This document shows, in pieces, positions 35,727 to 47,620 of a stretch of 64,000 nt of DNA. The stretch's first letter is position 1, and every line of letters starts with the position of its first letter. Source of the DNA: Perkinsela sp. CCAP 1560/9 (Eukaryota; Protista; Euglenozoa: Kinetoplastea); NCBI GenBank assembly GCA_965644495.1, contig CBFFSA010000019.1, positions 62,001 to 126,000 of the forward strand, written 5' to 3'. Position numbers and translations under genes: made by a program. The notes beneath the pieces are model-generated. The model was not told where the DNA came from and did not search any database. It saw only the letters and a list, made by a program, of their open reading frames with translations.

Positions 35727-38432
35727 ATGTCTTGCTTCCTTTCTGTGGCATTTCTTTCTCTCTTCCTATCCCTCTTCTCCCCACCTACGAAAACGGTGAC
35801 CGGTCTCCAGCACGCGTCCCTTCAACTCCAATCGGATTCCACCCCCTTTTCCATTTCTTCCGATTTCGCCTCTTTGTTTTTGCGCTCGGACGATCCCCCC
35901 CTATCCAACCCTTGTCGGGAAAAGACGAACCCTCACCATCCACAGCTCTCCCCCGTGAGCCGCTTCCCCCTTGTATTTCCTCTTTACCCGCTCTGTTCTC
36001 GAGGGCTTACCATTTCCTGTTGTGAGGCACAGAATCCGGTCCCACGCGCTCCTCTCCCGGCTCCCTGGTACCAAACCCTTTTTGAGTTTCTCCAGCACGC
36101 CTGGAACGCGCTTCAAAGATTTTGGTGCGCCTTCACCCCCTTAACGGATCCCCGTCTTGATCTAAAAAACGAAGTTGTGGAGAACGCCTTACGTGAAAGG
36201 GACGCAAGAATACAAAAGGGGGAGCTGAAAAAGGAGGGGGAAGCCCAACAAAGGGTGCTGTCATCCTTTGCGGGGACTTCCCTGTCCTCCTCTTCCTCTT
36301 TTTCTTTGATGAAAGAAGCCCAAGGGGAAAGGAATAAAAAGGGGCACCCAGGAGAACCCTTTTCCGTTGTTTCTCCTCGGGGTCGCTCCTCCCATGGGGC
36401 ATCAGAAGGAAATAGGAATTCCAACGGTTTGAGGGCTTCGCATAAGGAGATCGGATCTCCGGGATCTTTTTCAGCGATTCCGGAGTCTTCGAATTTGCGT
36501 GGTGAATCTTCCGTACGTTCCACAAAATCTTCAGAATCCTTTCCGGACACGTCTTTATCGAGGGCGGTGGAATCTTCAGCATCGGGTACAGTCCAAATTT
36601 CATCACATCCAACCCAATCTTCATCAATTTCTGCCCAATCTTTATCAAATCCATCCCCTTCTTCATCAATTTCTGCCCCTTCTTCATCAAATCCAGCCCC
36701 TTCTTCATCAAATCCAGCCCCTTCTTCATCAAATCCAGCCCCCTCCCCCCGGCGTCCCCCCCACCCCTCCCCCTCCCCCCTCTCCACCTTCTCCCTCCCC
36801 CGGGCCGCCCTCGCCGTGAACTTCTCCCGGCTCTCGTTTTGCAAAATCCCGGAGGTGCAAAGCCAAAAGCACTTCGGGCCCCACACCGGGCTCACCAACG
36901 TGGAGCGCACCCGGCACTGCGTCGCCCACGCCTACGGCATGCGGGGGTATGCGCTCACCCAACGCATCGCCCCGGGCCCCTGGGAGGGGGTGGGGGCGGT
37001 GGCCCGGCGCGTGGTGCTGGGGTTCCACGCCGCGCGGAACCGACCGAACGGCCAGGCCTCCACCTTTTTCGAGCTGGAGCGGTGCGCCTGGTGCCGGGAG
37101 GGAGAGGGAGAACGAGAAAAAAAAGAGGGACCGGAGAGACCGGAGTACCCTGACGGCGTACTGCCGTGGTCCGGGCGAAAAGAAGCCGAGGAGGGACACG
37201 GTCCGCAGGGCCAGTGGGAGGAAAGGGTTCATTCGCACTCCCTTCCTGTGGAGGGGTTGTTACAAAAAGGGGAGACGGGGGAGAAACAACGTATCAAGAT
37301 TCAACCCCGTACGTTGGATGATTTCCCCGCCGTCCATCGCGGGTGGAACGCCATGTGGCTCGCACTCGCGCCCAAGTTCCAGGAGACCTTGGTGGAGTGG
37401 CTCTTACCCGATAATGAACGAGAACTACCCCAACCCCACCCTTCCGGAACCCTCCGTACCCAGCTGGGGAGTAGTACCTCTTCCTCCTCCTCCTCCTCAT
37501 CCCCCGGTTCCTCCCAGGACACCCATGTCGCCGTAAATTCATCCAACCCACCCCCAAAAAAAAAGGTTGCCCCCAAGCCCCTCGCCTCCCCCTTCATCCC
37601 CTCCATCCGCGAGATCCTCATCACGGGGCCCTGCATGGGGGGGGCGATCGCGACCCTCGCGGCGCTCCACCTGCACCACTGGCTCGGCTCCCCCGAGGCC
37701 CCCCCGGGGCTGGCCGAGCTGCGGGAGAAGATTGTGGTCTACACCTTCGGGAGCCCCCGGGTGGGGAACAAGGCCTTCGCGGGGCACTACAACCAGCGCC
37801 TCGGGGCGCGCACCTTCCGGGTCGTGAACGCGGGGGACGGCAAGGTGCGGCTCCCCCCGGCGTGCCTGGGCTACGCCCACACCGCCCACGAGGTGTTCTT
37901 CCCGAGGGAAGTGCCCGCGATGGGGGCCGGGGAGCCGTTCCCCCCGGAGCTCGCGCCGGTGTTTGGGCGGGATTTGGAGCCCAGCCCGGGGAAGGGGGGT
38001 GGGGGGGAGCGGAGGGCGTTTTTAGCCGCCTCTTCGGTTTCCGCAACGTCGGGAAACGGTGTTGGATTACCCCCGGGGCGTGAAAGAAGGGCGTGGTTGA
38101 GACGGGGGGAGGGCATACACGACAACCGACGCGCTCTTCGGTGGGGGAGAGAAGAGGGGGACGTTTCTGCGTCTCCCACTTTTGCGCCATCTCCGATGGT
38201 GTCTGATCCCCAACCCACACTGTTTTCGCGTGCGGCTTCGTATCTTCGTCCGGGGAAAACAAACACGAGTGTAGCGCAAGAAGTATTTTTCGAAACCCCC
38301 GAGCTCGGGGCGAGTAATTCCATATGCACTGCACTGCCTCCGGTGAATGCACACACGTTTTACTTTGGTCGGCCCATTCTGTCCTGCTGGCCGTATGATG
38401 TGAAGGTCCAGGATACGGTGGGTTCTTGTTAA
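35727..38432 (+). CDS. Class-3 lipase-like protein with signal peptide and low-complexity inserts
   Basis: VHRGW, ITGPCMGGAIATL, YTFGSPRVGN, RVVNAGD and a terminal HTFYF; hydrophobic N-terminus. Confidence 0.85.
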   Translation: MSCFLSVAFLSLFLSLFSPPTKTVTGLQHASLQLQSDSTPFSISSDFASLFLRSDDPPLSNPCREKTNPHHPQLSPVSRFPLVFPLYPLCSRGLTISCCEAQNPVPRAPLPAPWYQTLFEFLQHAWNALQRFWCAFTPLTDPRLDLKNEVVENALRERDARIQKGELKKEGEAQQRVLSSFAGTSLSSSSSFSLMKEAQGERNKKGHPGEPFSVVSPRGRSSHGASEGNRNSNGLRASHKEIGSPGSFSAIPESSNLRGESSVRSTKSSESFPDTSLSRAVESSASGTVQISSHPTQSSSISAQSLSNPSPSSSISAPSSSNPAPSSSNPAPSSSNPAPSPRRPPHPSPSPLSTFSLPRAALAVNFSRLSFCKIPEVQSQKHFGPHTGLTNVERTRHCVAHAYGMRGYALTQRIAPGPWEGVGAVARRVVLGFHAARNRPNGQASTFFELERCAWCREGEGEREKKEGPERPEYPDGVLPWSGRKEAEEGHGPQGQWEERVHSHSLPVEGLLQKGETGEKQRIKIQPRTLDDFPAVHRGWNAMWLALAPKFQETLVEWLLPDNERELPQPHPSGTLRTQLGSSTSSSSSSSSPGSSQDTHVAVNSSNPPPKKKVAPKPLASPFIPSIREILITGPCMGGAIATLAALHLHHWLGSPEAPPGLAELREKIVVYTFGSPRVGNKAFAGHYNQRLGARTFRVVNAGDGKVRLPPACLGYAHTAHEVFFPREVPAMGAGEPFPPELAPVFGRDLEPSPGKGGGGERRAFLAASSVSATSGNGVGLPPGRERRAWLRRGEGIHDNRRALRWGREEGDVSASPTFAPSPMVSDPQPTLFSRAASYLRPGKTNTSVAQEVFFETPELGASNSICTALPPVNAHTFYFGRPILSCWPYDVKVQDTVGSC

Positions 38433-38790
38433 GATGGGGTTAATGAAAGAGTATTTTCTTTTTAGTAAAGTTTTGTTGAATGGTATACAGATTACGTTTA
38501 AAATCCTGAAACAAACAATTGAAAGAGTAAGAAATGTATGGGCGACGTGCCTCCTGATTCAAGTCCTCGTATATAACTTTAAGCTACCTTCCTCTTCCGG
38601 AACTCTTCCGGTACGCCAAACCCCTTAGTCCCGTATTCTTTTCATCGAAACCACTACACACGCGACAAAACACTTTCAACGATTTCTTTCTTTATTTATC
38701 CTTTTTTCCCTCCCTCTTCCCTCAAAACATCTTTTTTCCACCTCTCTCCCTTCCTTTTTTCTCACCTCCCCCTTTCCTTCTTCAAACAAA

Positions 38791-41169
38791 ATGGAGGACG
38801 ACAAATTCCCCACCTTCTTCTTCGGCGTCATGAGCGCCATCCTCCTCGTCACCGTGGCTCTCCCCCTCACCTGGGGCACCCTGTGCCATCTGAGCCACAA
38901 ACTTGCCCCCTTCCTGCCCTCTCTTTTTGAAACCACAGAGCGCGACAAAAAGGTCTCTGGAACCCCCTGGAAACCGCAGCTTTCAAAAAAGAATGCCAGC
39001 GCCTCTTTCTCTCCCTCTTCCCGATCCCCCAGTGTGGATACACAAAAAAAGGTCGAGAAAACAAATTTTTCGGAGTCTCCCAATCCAAATTCGACCTGTG
39101 AAAACACAATTTCACCATCTTTTCTATCGTCTCTACTTTCCCCATTCACTCCCCTTTACGCCAATATCCATTTTTGGCTCTCCCACCCCTCCCATCTCTA
39201 CGCCCACTACCGCATCCTACGCACCCACCCCTCTCTTCTCCGTAAAATTGTATTCCCCCGCGTCTCCTCCTTTTGCCTTCGGCCCAAAGTGTTTCTCCTT
39301 TTCCTTTGGGTTCTCTCAGTGTATCTTTTCGCCACACAAATTCCGAAAGCGGCCTCGTTTGAGGTTTTGGGGCTTAACCCCGCGACGGCTTCCATCGGGG
39401 AAATTAAAAATGCCTACCGCAGTTTAAGTTTTCGGTACCACCCGGATAAGGACCCGAGCCCGGAGGCCCGGGAGCGGTATGGGAAAATACGAAAAGCGTT
39501 TAAACGACTCACCGGGGCGAAACTTGCGGAAGATGGCACCCCGGTGGAGGATACGGAGGAACCCCTCGGGGTAGGGTTCGCGCTCCCGTTCTTTTTGCGT
39601 GACCCCGAGCATGAGGGACGGACGCTGGTGATTTTGCTGCTGTGTGCGTTTGGGATTCCGGCGGTTTTGCTGTATTTCTTTTTTATTCGCGAGAAAACGA
39701 CCTATGGGGTGGTTTATGAGCGGCTGAAACAAATGGTGACCCTCGCGCGCGGGTTGCATGGGGAAATGGGGATGCCGGAGAATCCGAAGGTCGCGGCGAC
39801 GAAGCTGCATCAGGAGAATATTCAGAAATTGTTAAAACAGGCCGGGTTGTGGCAAAGTGGGATGGTCCCGGAGGTGGTGCATAACCTCCCGGATCTCGCC
39901 CGGCTGCATAAGTTGTGTTCGCATGCGAAAAATGCAACGGGGCGGATGCAGCAGGATGCGCTGTTTCGTCTGCAAAGTCTCGGGTTTGAAGATGACGCAC
40001 TGCAGTCGTTGATACAAACGATATTAAGCGAGGAATGGGAGAAGCCGTGTGCGGCCGCAAAACCGCTGGAAAACATAGCCGCAGAGATCTCGCGAAATCC
40101 GCCAGATTATTTTCCCGTCTCAGAGGAACAATTTGAGGCCGCAAATTACTTTTTAGGCTTTGTCATGGAACTAATGCCACCCGTGGTGAAACCGTTTGAT
40201 TTACAAAACCGGTCTACGCGGTTGTTAAAGTTATATCGCGATAAAGAGTCATTGCTGCATAAATGTCACCAGTGGGCACAAAAAATGGAAAAAGATAAAA
40301 GGGAAAGAGAGAAGAATGAAAAGGGGGATAAGGGTTGTGAAGAGGAGAGATCAATGCTGTCCCAGGAAGCAAAATCACGTGAAAACGAAAAAACGCAATC
40401 CGAGTTTTCGAGTAAAAGTTCTCTGGGTGTCGATCCGACACTTTCGAGTGACTCACTGGGTGCAAATTCGTGTGATAAGCTGAAAGTGACCTCATCTTCC
40501 TGTTTAGAGGTCAACTCCGAAACGCACCCCCAAACCGGGAAACTTTTCTCCCCGCGCGAAGGCTCCGCCCTCCAGGAATCAAATCCTTTACATTCCACAA
40601 GCCGTACCTCTCTTTCTTCGGTCACCACATCTTCTTTACCTTCCGACCAAAACCGAATGTCCTCAAAAACCTCTTCTTCTCACACTTTCGATACCGCCCG
40701 TCCCACCGGGAGCCAAAGCGCTCCCTCCCCTGCTTTACGCCCTCCTCGACCCCATGCTGCCGAAAATCATGAAAATCTTCATGAATCCAAAACATTACAA
40801 AACGAAAACTCTCCACCATGTCTTCCCCCTTTCGCAAATCCCAAAATCTCTTCTCATCCCTCCAACCCCACCCTCTCCCCTCCTTTATCCCTTTCTCTTC
40901 ACAAAACAATACAAAACGGTGAAAACAAAAAATCTAATTTGTTTTATGAAACCCAAGAAAGGGAAAGAAAGGAAATTACGGTTTCTAAATCCCTCAGTCC
41001 GCAGTGGGTGGAGAAACTCCTCGCCCTCGATGAGGAGATCATGACGATGCACAACGATATGAATCGCAGTGCGATTGAGTATCTCAGCAGCGGTCACCAC
41101 CGACGGATGAAAAAGTTCCAGAAATACAAGGAGGCGGAGCGTAGGAAGCTCGCTCCAGGGGGGCGGTAG
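38791..41169 (+). CDS. Sec63/ERdj2-like membrane J-domain protein
   Basis: Three hydrophobic segments; J domain (FEVLGL...YRSLSFRYHPDK) between the 2nd and 3rd; GFALP motif after the J domain. Confidence 0.75.
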   Translation: MEDDKFPTFFFGVMSAILLVTVALPLTWGTLCHLSHKLAPFLPSLFETTERDKKVSGTPWKPQLSKKNASASFSPSSRSPSVDTQKKVEKTNFSESPNPNSTCENTISPSFLSSLLSPFTPLYANIHFWLSHPSHLYAHYRILRTHPSLLRKIVFPRVSSFCLRPKVFLLFLWVLSVYLFATQIPKAASFEVLGLNPATASIGEIKNAYRSLSFRYHPDKDPSPEARERYGKIRKAFKRLTGAKLAEDGTPVEDTEEPLGVGFALPFFLRDPEHEGRTLVILLLCAFGIPAVLLYFFFIREKTTYGVVYERLKQMVTLARGLHGEMGMPENPKVAATKLHQENIQKLLKQAGLWQSGMVPEVVHNLPDLARLHKLCSHAKNATGRMQQDALFRLQSLGFEDDALQSLIQTILSEEWEKPCAAAKPLENIAAEISRNPPDYFPVSEEQFEAANYFLGFVMELMPPVVKPFDLQNRSTRLLKLYRDKESLLHKCHQWAQKMEKDKREREKNEKGDKGCEEERSMLSQEAKSRENEKTQSEFSSKSSLGVDPTLSSDSLGANSCDKLKVTSSSCLEVNSETHPQTGKLFSPREGSALQESNPLHSTSRTSLSSVTTSSLPSDQNRMSSKTSSSHTFDTARPTGSQSAPSPALRPPRPHAAENHENLHESKTLQNENSPPCLPPFANPKISSHPSNPTLSPPLSLSLHKTIQNGENKKSNLFYETQERERKEITVSKSLSPQWVEKLLALDEEIMTMHNDMNRSAIEYLSSGHHRRMKKFQKYKEAERRKLAPGGR

Positions 41170-41314
41170 GGGAAGAGAGGAGGGGTTTGTATTTTTGGTA
41201 TTTTCTTGTAAAGTAAAAAGGTCTTTTTTATGGGTTTGTGTTTTTTTAAAGGATAAAAAGTAAAATCCACAATGTGAAAGTGTTGGTTGGTTTGTTTTTT
41301 TAGCAAACTGAAAC

Positions 41315-43614
41315 TCATATTGCGGGTGGGTGGGTTTTTTTGATTTTGATTTTTCTTTCCATAGAAACTTGTATTCTACACCTACGATGAGTATGTGCTT
41401 TTGAGGAACACTTGAAAACTTCCCACCACTTGAGCTCAGTAGTGCGACAAGAAGGATTCCATTCATAGTCACTGCAATTCAGGTAAGAGCTCCATTCATT
41501 CTCAGTGATAAATGTTGGATTGCCGCTGCGAAATAAATCATTCGCTCGATCCACGGATATCAGTAGAATGCCTGACTTTTTCGCCCGCAATGTTATAAAA
41601 TCTGGGGCAAACCACATTATGTCCTCCCAAAATTTCATGTTGTGCTTGTTGTTTAGACGCGAAAGATGGTGTTTCAATGCAACCTGGAGGGCTTCGCATC
41701 CAGCCTCCTCTTTGCTGATGCGAGTCAGCTTCTGAATCATAGGCCATACTGTTGTGGATGTGGGAGTCCCGTCCAAGTCAGAGAACCGTTGCAATGCATC
41801 ATGCAAGGGGGCTAGCCGGGAACAGAATTCGCTTGCCGAAGACATAATGCTACGAACAGAGCACGTGCTTATAAGTTCGGCACACTTCCTTACTGACTCA
41901 CTGACACGTGGATTGCATAATTCTGCGTCTATGAACGCTGCAACAGTAGGCATTTGTACTTTGAGAAACTCTATGCATGTAAATTTGTCGTGACACCATC
42001 GTGTCACTCCTCCAAGTTTCGGTACCGTAACTCCGGAAACTTCTTTTGCGTTACGAAGATCCTGGACAACTTTAGGGCCCATGGAAAAAAGTACCTGAGC
42101 ACACTTCTCAATGTCTCTTGGGAAGCTTGCAAGCTCTTCTATAATGGTTGGTGCGCTGTCTGGACACAGTTTGTCTAAAACCCGCAATGACGCTAACAGA
42201 TCATCTAGCAGTTCGATCCGGTCTCCCTCGTCCAACTTATTTGACTGAACGGCGCCATACCATTGAACGAAATACTGCTCTGCGTCTCTCGTTTTGGCCT
42301 CAAAGCCTCCAAGAAGTACATCTAAAGCAACTCCACGGTATCGTTCCTTCTTCGCAGTCACCTTTTCCGCACCGTAAAAACTTTGTCGAAAATACTTCTT
42401 GAAGTTAAACAGAGGCGTGTTTTCGTATTTTTTCATACTGTCGCGTGCAACGTTATTCAGAAAATGACCAATGCACGAGAGCAGGGCAACAGATGGTAGC
42501 TTATTCAGTATCGCGTTATTGAAGTCCCCCCAATTGTTCTCTCATATGGGACGAATGCGGTCGAATATGCGTTTCATTTCTTCTTCGGCTTCATCCCGTG
42601 CAACGTGATTAACCGCGCATCCGTCCACCATCATATAACGCAGTTTGCCCAGCAAATGCACCCCTATTATGGAACTCAGCGTCTCAACCAGAATTTCGGC
42701 TGATTCCTTCCCTTTGAAGGCTTTGCGTCTAGGATGATACATTGGGGGGAGAAGGTAATCACTGTGGGCGACATATAGAACACCCACCAAGACATGTTCG
42801 CTCAAAACTTTGTCGATTCCCGCGTCCACAGCAATCCCAAAAAAGGGCTCTTGTGTAATATCGTTTACAATCTTACTCCATATTTCTTCCGCCATATCCT
42901 TTTCCCACTTGCGCATCAACTTGTGGTTCTTAGTGAGCAGAGAAAGAACTTCACCCTGCGTTGCACCTACAGAGCGTAATTCCTCGTACTCGTAAATAAG
43001 AGAGTGGGCGGCCTTGCACGAGAGGTTGGTCTGTGAAACCAGGAATACACTTTTGCACAAATGTTTGAACGGACCGAGTTGGATGATCCTCCCCTTCTTT
43101 TACGTCTTTATGAGCTTCATCACGAGGACGATCACACCCGGTGCACACGTGCCTGATGTGGTGATAATAGTGGTTGTTATACGCCGAATGGCCCACCCAC
43201 GGACATTCGATGCATTTTGAATGAGTCCGTTGACCCATGGAGTTAACGTGGTGGGGACGGGGATGACGTGACTCATACTCTCGGCAATCTTTGTTCCGCA
43301 GCTCTTCGTCCTTAGTCTTACCTGCTGGGGCATCCTTCCCAAAACAACGTTCACGCAGGAATTTAGCACGTATCCGAGGATACTGCATAGGGTCACACTC
43401 CCTCTTTTGTGTGCGTAATTTTTCCACTGCCTGGGAAGGAGGCCGCCTCCAGTGCCTGATGCAGATCAGATTTGAGCCTTCGCCTCTGCGCTACAGGGAC
43501 GTATTTTGATACGGTGGATGCACCTTCAACGGACTGACTCTGAGAAAACGCAGTCTCGTTTACTAGAGTATCATTAGGGTTTGCAGGAGCAGGGCTTGCA
43601 GAAATAACCCTCAC
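41315..43614 (-). pseudogene. hAT-like transposase, frameshifted into several ORFs
   Basis: BED-like finger CIEC...HIRHVC; FGIAVD; MMVDGCAVN; SCIGHFLNN (CxxH); GVTRW. Confidence 0.7.
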
Positions 43615-44337
43615 ACTTTGCAGCGAAGGAGGCGGAGAGGAAGGACGCTTGACTCGAACATTCGGAGGTAGTGTCGGCCATTTCCGGGAAGGACGTAACG
43701 GAGCCTCCGAAAGGGAAGATGTCTCAGGGGGGGGGTTGTCTTTCGGTGGAAGGTTGCTTCTTTGGCCGCATAGAGAAAAATGGAGTTGTGAAAGTGAGGT
43801 AACTGTAGTATACTTAAATTTAGAAAGATAATTTCAGGCTAAATCCTAATCACTCGATCAAAAAATTAATGACTGCTATCTAGTTAAAAAAAATTCTAAG
43901 TCTCTACGTAGAATTCTACGTAGAACGCGTAGAATTCTACGTAGACTACCAACTATGTATAAAGGTGAATTATGCAATATAAAGGTGAATTATGCAATAT
44001 AAAGGTGCATCTTAGTATGCAATATGTGTAAGTGGCCACTTTTTATGCCAGTGGGCCCTGGAGCGCGCGGGTCGCCAAAAAATATAATTCTGTGGGCGAC
44101 GCTCACAGTTGGGCCTTGCTCGCAAATGGGGGCTTTTGCCTCCAGAAGGCTTCGCTCACAGTCAGGCCTTGCCTCCAGACACGTAAACTAGGTGTCATTG
44201 TCGTGGGCTACGCTCACAGTTGGGTCTTAGGTGACAAAGCGTAGGAAAATGCACAACTCTGCGAAAGGGTCAGACGATGGTAATGTAGTGTCATGGAAAA
44301 GTGCTCATCCAAAGTACCATGTGTAGAGTACTATGTG

Positions 44338-44669
44338 TAGAGGTCGTTTCGATGAGTACTTTTTTTCGGAAAACTAAACATGCGTTTCGATGTGCACTCA
44401 TCCAAACTACTACAACCCCGGAATTTGAAATCGCATCACGTGGCAGAGCGCAATGAAAGCAGAAACCGACGTGAATACCAGTTATGGGGCGAATGATCTT
44501 ACTACTGCGCTGAAAAAAAATCTCTCGTCTGTTTTTGGGAACTTTTCTTCACCTGTTTTGATGACTCGTGCGAACTATCATTCTGCCAGAATTTTCGCCT
44601 TAGCCAGAAAGCACAAAAATCGTGTCAAATCATCTTCAGGATTCGTCCTCGCGGCCACGCCTGGCGAGA

Positions 44670-44709
<40 letters not shown>

Positions 44710-45007
44710 ACACTGTGGGCGTGGGTTCAAACCCCACTCTCGTCATTTTCCGAAAGATTGTCCTCCTCACCTCGCAAAGATGAAATGCGTAGGGAGAGCA
44801 TGAGAAGCATTCATGCAGGGCAAAGCGTGAAAGTGTCGGTCGTTACGCGCATGGCCCTAAGTTGGGCGATGTGGAAAGTTGGGCAATGTAAGTTGGGCGA
44901 TGTAGTTTGAATGAGTACTCCAAATTCCAAAGGAAATTTTCAGTCCAGAGGATTTTAATCCAAAGGAACTTTTAGTTTACTGTAAGTACTCATCGAAGCT
45001 ACCTCTG
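44338..45007. mobile_element. Inverted-repeat element enclosing tRNA-Leu
   Basis: agaggtcgtttcgatgagtactt / aagtactcatcgaagctacctct (21 of 23 match) plus an inner IR actcatccaaactac / gtagtttgaatgagt. Confidence 0.55.
44663..44745 (+). tRNA. tRNA-Leu(UAG)
   Basis: Cloverleaf ggcgaga...tctcgtca; anticodon arm ccaga-tttaggc-tctgg; long variable arm; TTTT terminator. Confidence 0.95.
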
Positions 45008-45303
45008 CCTATGGTTTCAAGTTTTATCCAGCGCGTTCCCCTTGCGAACTTCGCATTGCTGCTTTGAATGTGTTTAATCATGCACTTATCCTGCAGAGAT
45101 TTTGCCTCACAGAGTCCTTACCCGCACACGACGGGTGGATCACGTGAGGATTTGCCCTCGCTGGAGGAGAATGGGTGCAGAGAGCTGGGGTCCCAGGTTG
45201 CAGAGAGCTCGGTTATCTTGTGCAGGTGCAGAGAGCCGGATGCGTAATCCCCATATTACAGTTTCGGGGGCAATCCGGGTGCAGAGAGCTGCGACAGAGC
45301 CGA

Positions 45304-46270
45304 AGGGTCAAAGTATAGGAATATTGCATAAGTATAGGAATATTGCATAAGTATAGGAATATTGCATAAGTATAGGAATATTGCATAACTCTATTTTTGA
45401 CCCCCCACCCCTTAATATGAGTTTGTTGATTTCGGTAGACAATTATAACCCGTGTATAGATCTGCGATTACACTGTCGGGAAACCACCTATTTTTTGTAA
45501 TTTGAAACAAATTTTTACAAAGTCAAGGGTGGTATATTTCTCGAAAATATACGATTTTTTTTATTTGTTACGTGCCTCATAGACTTGTATCCCCGGGAAA
45601 ATGGAATACCGAACATATGGGCGCTATAACGTACCCCAATCTGTCACTTTGAACTACTTTTACTTCGAATGAAGACTTCACATATTAGGGGTGACCCTTC
45701 TAAAATGCCCTAAAATGGCCACTTTTCGTGGATTTTGCTTAAAAAAGCCCATTTCCACCTGTTTTTGGCTACTTTGGCGGGGTCACCCCCTATATGCAAC
45801 TTTTCCATTTTTAGAAAATGTGATGTGCGTATATACTTTGGAGTCTCATCTACAAGGAAAAGGATTTGTAAGATCCAATACAGGTGGGATCTTGCCAGGA
45901 GAAATTTTTCAAAAGTTAAAAAAAAATTAGAGGGGCTCTGCAATATTCCTATACTTATGCAATATTCCTATACTTATGCAATATTCCTATACTTCGGAAC
46001 AGCACATTCACATGCATAAAGTTTTAAGGCACCGATTTCAACTTTTGCCAAAAGTTGGTGATGGGTGCTATGGGAACTCACCTTTGCTCCCGGTGAGGCC
46101 CCGGAGTTGCGAGAGGTCTCCATACCCCACAACTACCACCTTTTCGCGCGACCCCCGCTAAATAGGGGGGAAGGTGGTAGTTGTTTTGGGGAATATGAGA
46201 GGCCGAACGCACGGAGGGGCCGGCCGGGCCACTGAGTCACGTGAAAGTGTGACACCCAAAAACTAAACCT
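45304..46270 (+). repeat. Left arm of ~1-kb inverted repeat (contains an element with 19-bp tandem repeats at both ends)
   Basis: Reverse complement of 49470-50494 (mirror ORFs 45735+ and 49722-); tataggaatattgcataag arrays. Confidence 0.9.
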
Positions 46271-46567
46271 AGATCTTGTTTGCACAACAGAACCGTAAAT
46301 GGCACGTAAAGATAGTTGGCCGGGGATTGTGGTTTGGCCGCAGGATTGTGTATTTATTTTCCTATGCATTGTCACGTTCTTTACCTTTTTGGGGGCAAAT
46401 GGTGAACGTCGACCAGAAAAGGGGCATTCTAAACACTGTCAACATGGGTAACCAACTTGAAGGTATACAGGATACGGAATGAAATAACCTGTACTTTCTG
46501 CGGGAAGAAATTTCCTTCTGCGTGAAGAAATAACGACGGTACACATGGACACAAAAAATAACGAGCC

Positions 46568-47230
46568 TTACTCCGAGTCACTACTTTCGTCTTCTTCGTC
46601 GCGGTAGAAACTAACAGCTTTGCAGAATGTACGAATATCTTGGAAGATGCGACGTACACGGGAACCTCCGTTGACAGAGAGTGTCGCGTTAGCAATTTCT
46701 GCGAAAAACTTCATTCGGTGAGCGCGAGATATTTCATCGTTGCCAAGACGGCCCCCACGAGCTTTGAGTTCCTTTTTGAGGAGGCCATTGGCATGTTCCA
46801 CGGTATTAGTGTGGATGCCGGAGACTGCTACCCAATGTTTTCGATGGTTTACGGGCCCATGGCGCCATTCCCGATTTAGACACTTGCTGGCACCAGCGCA
46901 GTCCGTATATATTTGGCAACGGGAGTTCTTGGCAAGATAGCGCACATGAGCGGTCATAGTGGCAGCATCTGTGCTTTCCAGGTACTTTACAAATATCACT
47001 TTCATGGGATAGTGTATGCGACCTTCTTCATCTGGTATCTCATCGCAGTGTACCAAAGTATGGTACCAAGAGGAACCATCGCGTCGGATTCTTTTCCCTC
47101 GACCGCACCCCATTCGCTTGATCCGGGAAACGCACGTTTCGTCCTTTTGCATGAAAAGAACTGTGCCCTGTGAAGCGTCGAAGCGCATGTCGTGCGCAGT
47201 GCTAATAATGTATTCGAAGAATTGAAACAA
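46568..47230 (-). pseudogene. Merlin (ISXO2-like) transposase, N-terminally truncated
   Basis: QKDET, IYTD, VNH, GIHTNTVE; homologous to ORF 27358-28014. Confidence 0.8.
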
Positions 47231-47239
47231 TTTAACAAT

Positions 47240-47620
47240 TGTATTTTCGAACGGGAAATAGTTCTGAGAATGAGTGGAACAGAAGACAAATACTATTCCA
47301 TAGCATGGGATGCTGGCTCAGCTGAGAGAGCTGAGGTTGAATCGCTGAGGGAAGCGCTGGAAAGGATACCTAATGAGGCTCAAACAGTTGTCATACACAC
47401 CGATCCGTTCTATGTATGGAATTTCTTCCATCATACTCGTCTACGACGGCGAATCATTGGGTATAACAATCTACCGAATGGGGGTATCCTTGAGAAATTG
47501 GATCGGGAAATTCGAACGCTCCAATCGAGGGATAAAAGGTGTTACGTGTGCAAAGTGAAATCCCACAACGGGAACATTTACAATGAGAAGGCAGACCTTG
47601 GCGCTTGCAGGGTCGAGAAA
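47240..47620 (+). pseudogene. RNase H1-like domain fragment, probably from a retroelement
   Basis: AERAEVESL, VIHTD and KVKSHNGNIYNEKAD; the first catalytic Asp strand is missing. Confidence 0.7.

Noticed and set aside
36113-38356. Long antisense and alternative-frame ORFs over the lipase (likewise over adk and other host genes)
   Set aside because: Shadow ORFs caused by GC-rich, skewed codon use; low-complexity Pro/Gly/Arg products.
43895-44030. Palindromic ctacgtag repeats and 20-bp duplications as a regulatory element
   Set aside because: Cannot be distinguished from TE subterminal repeats or slippage products.
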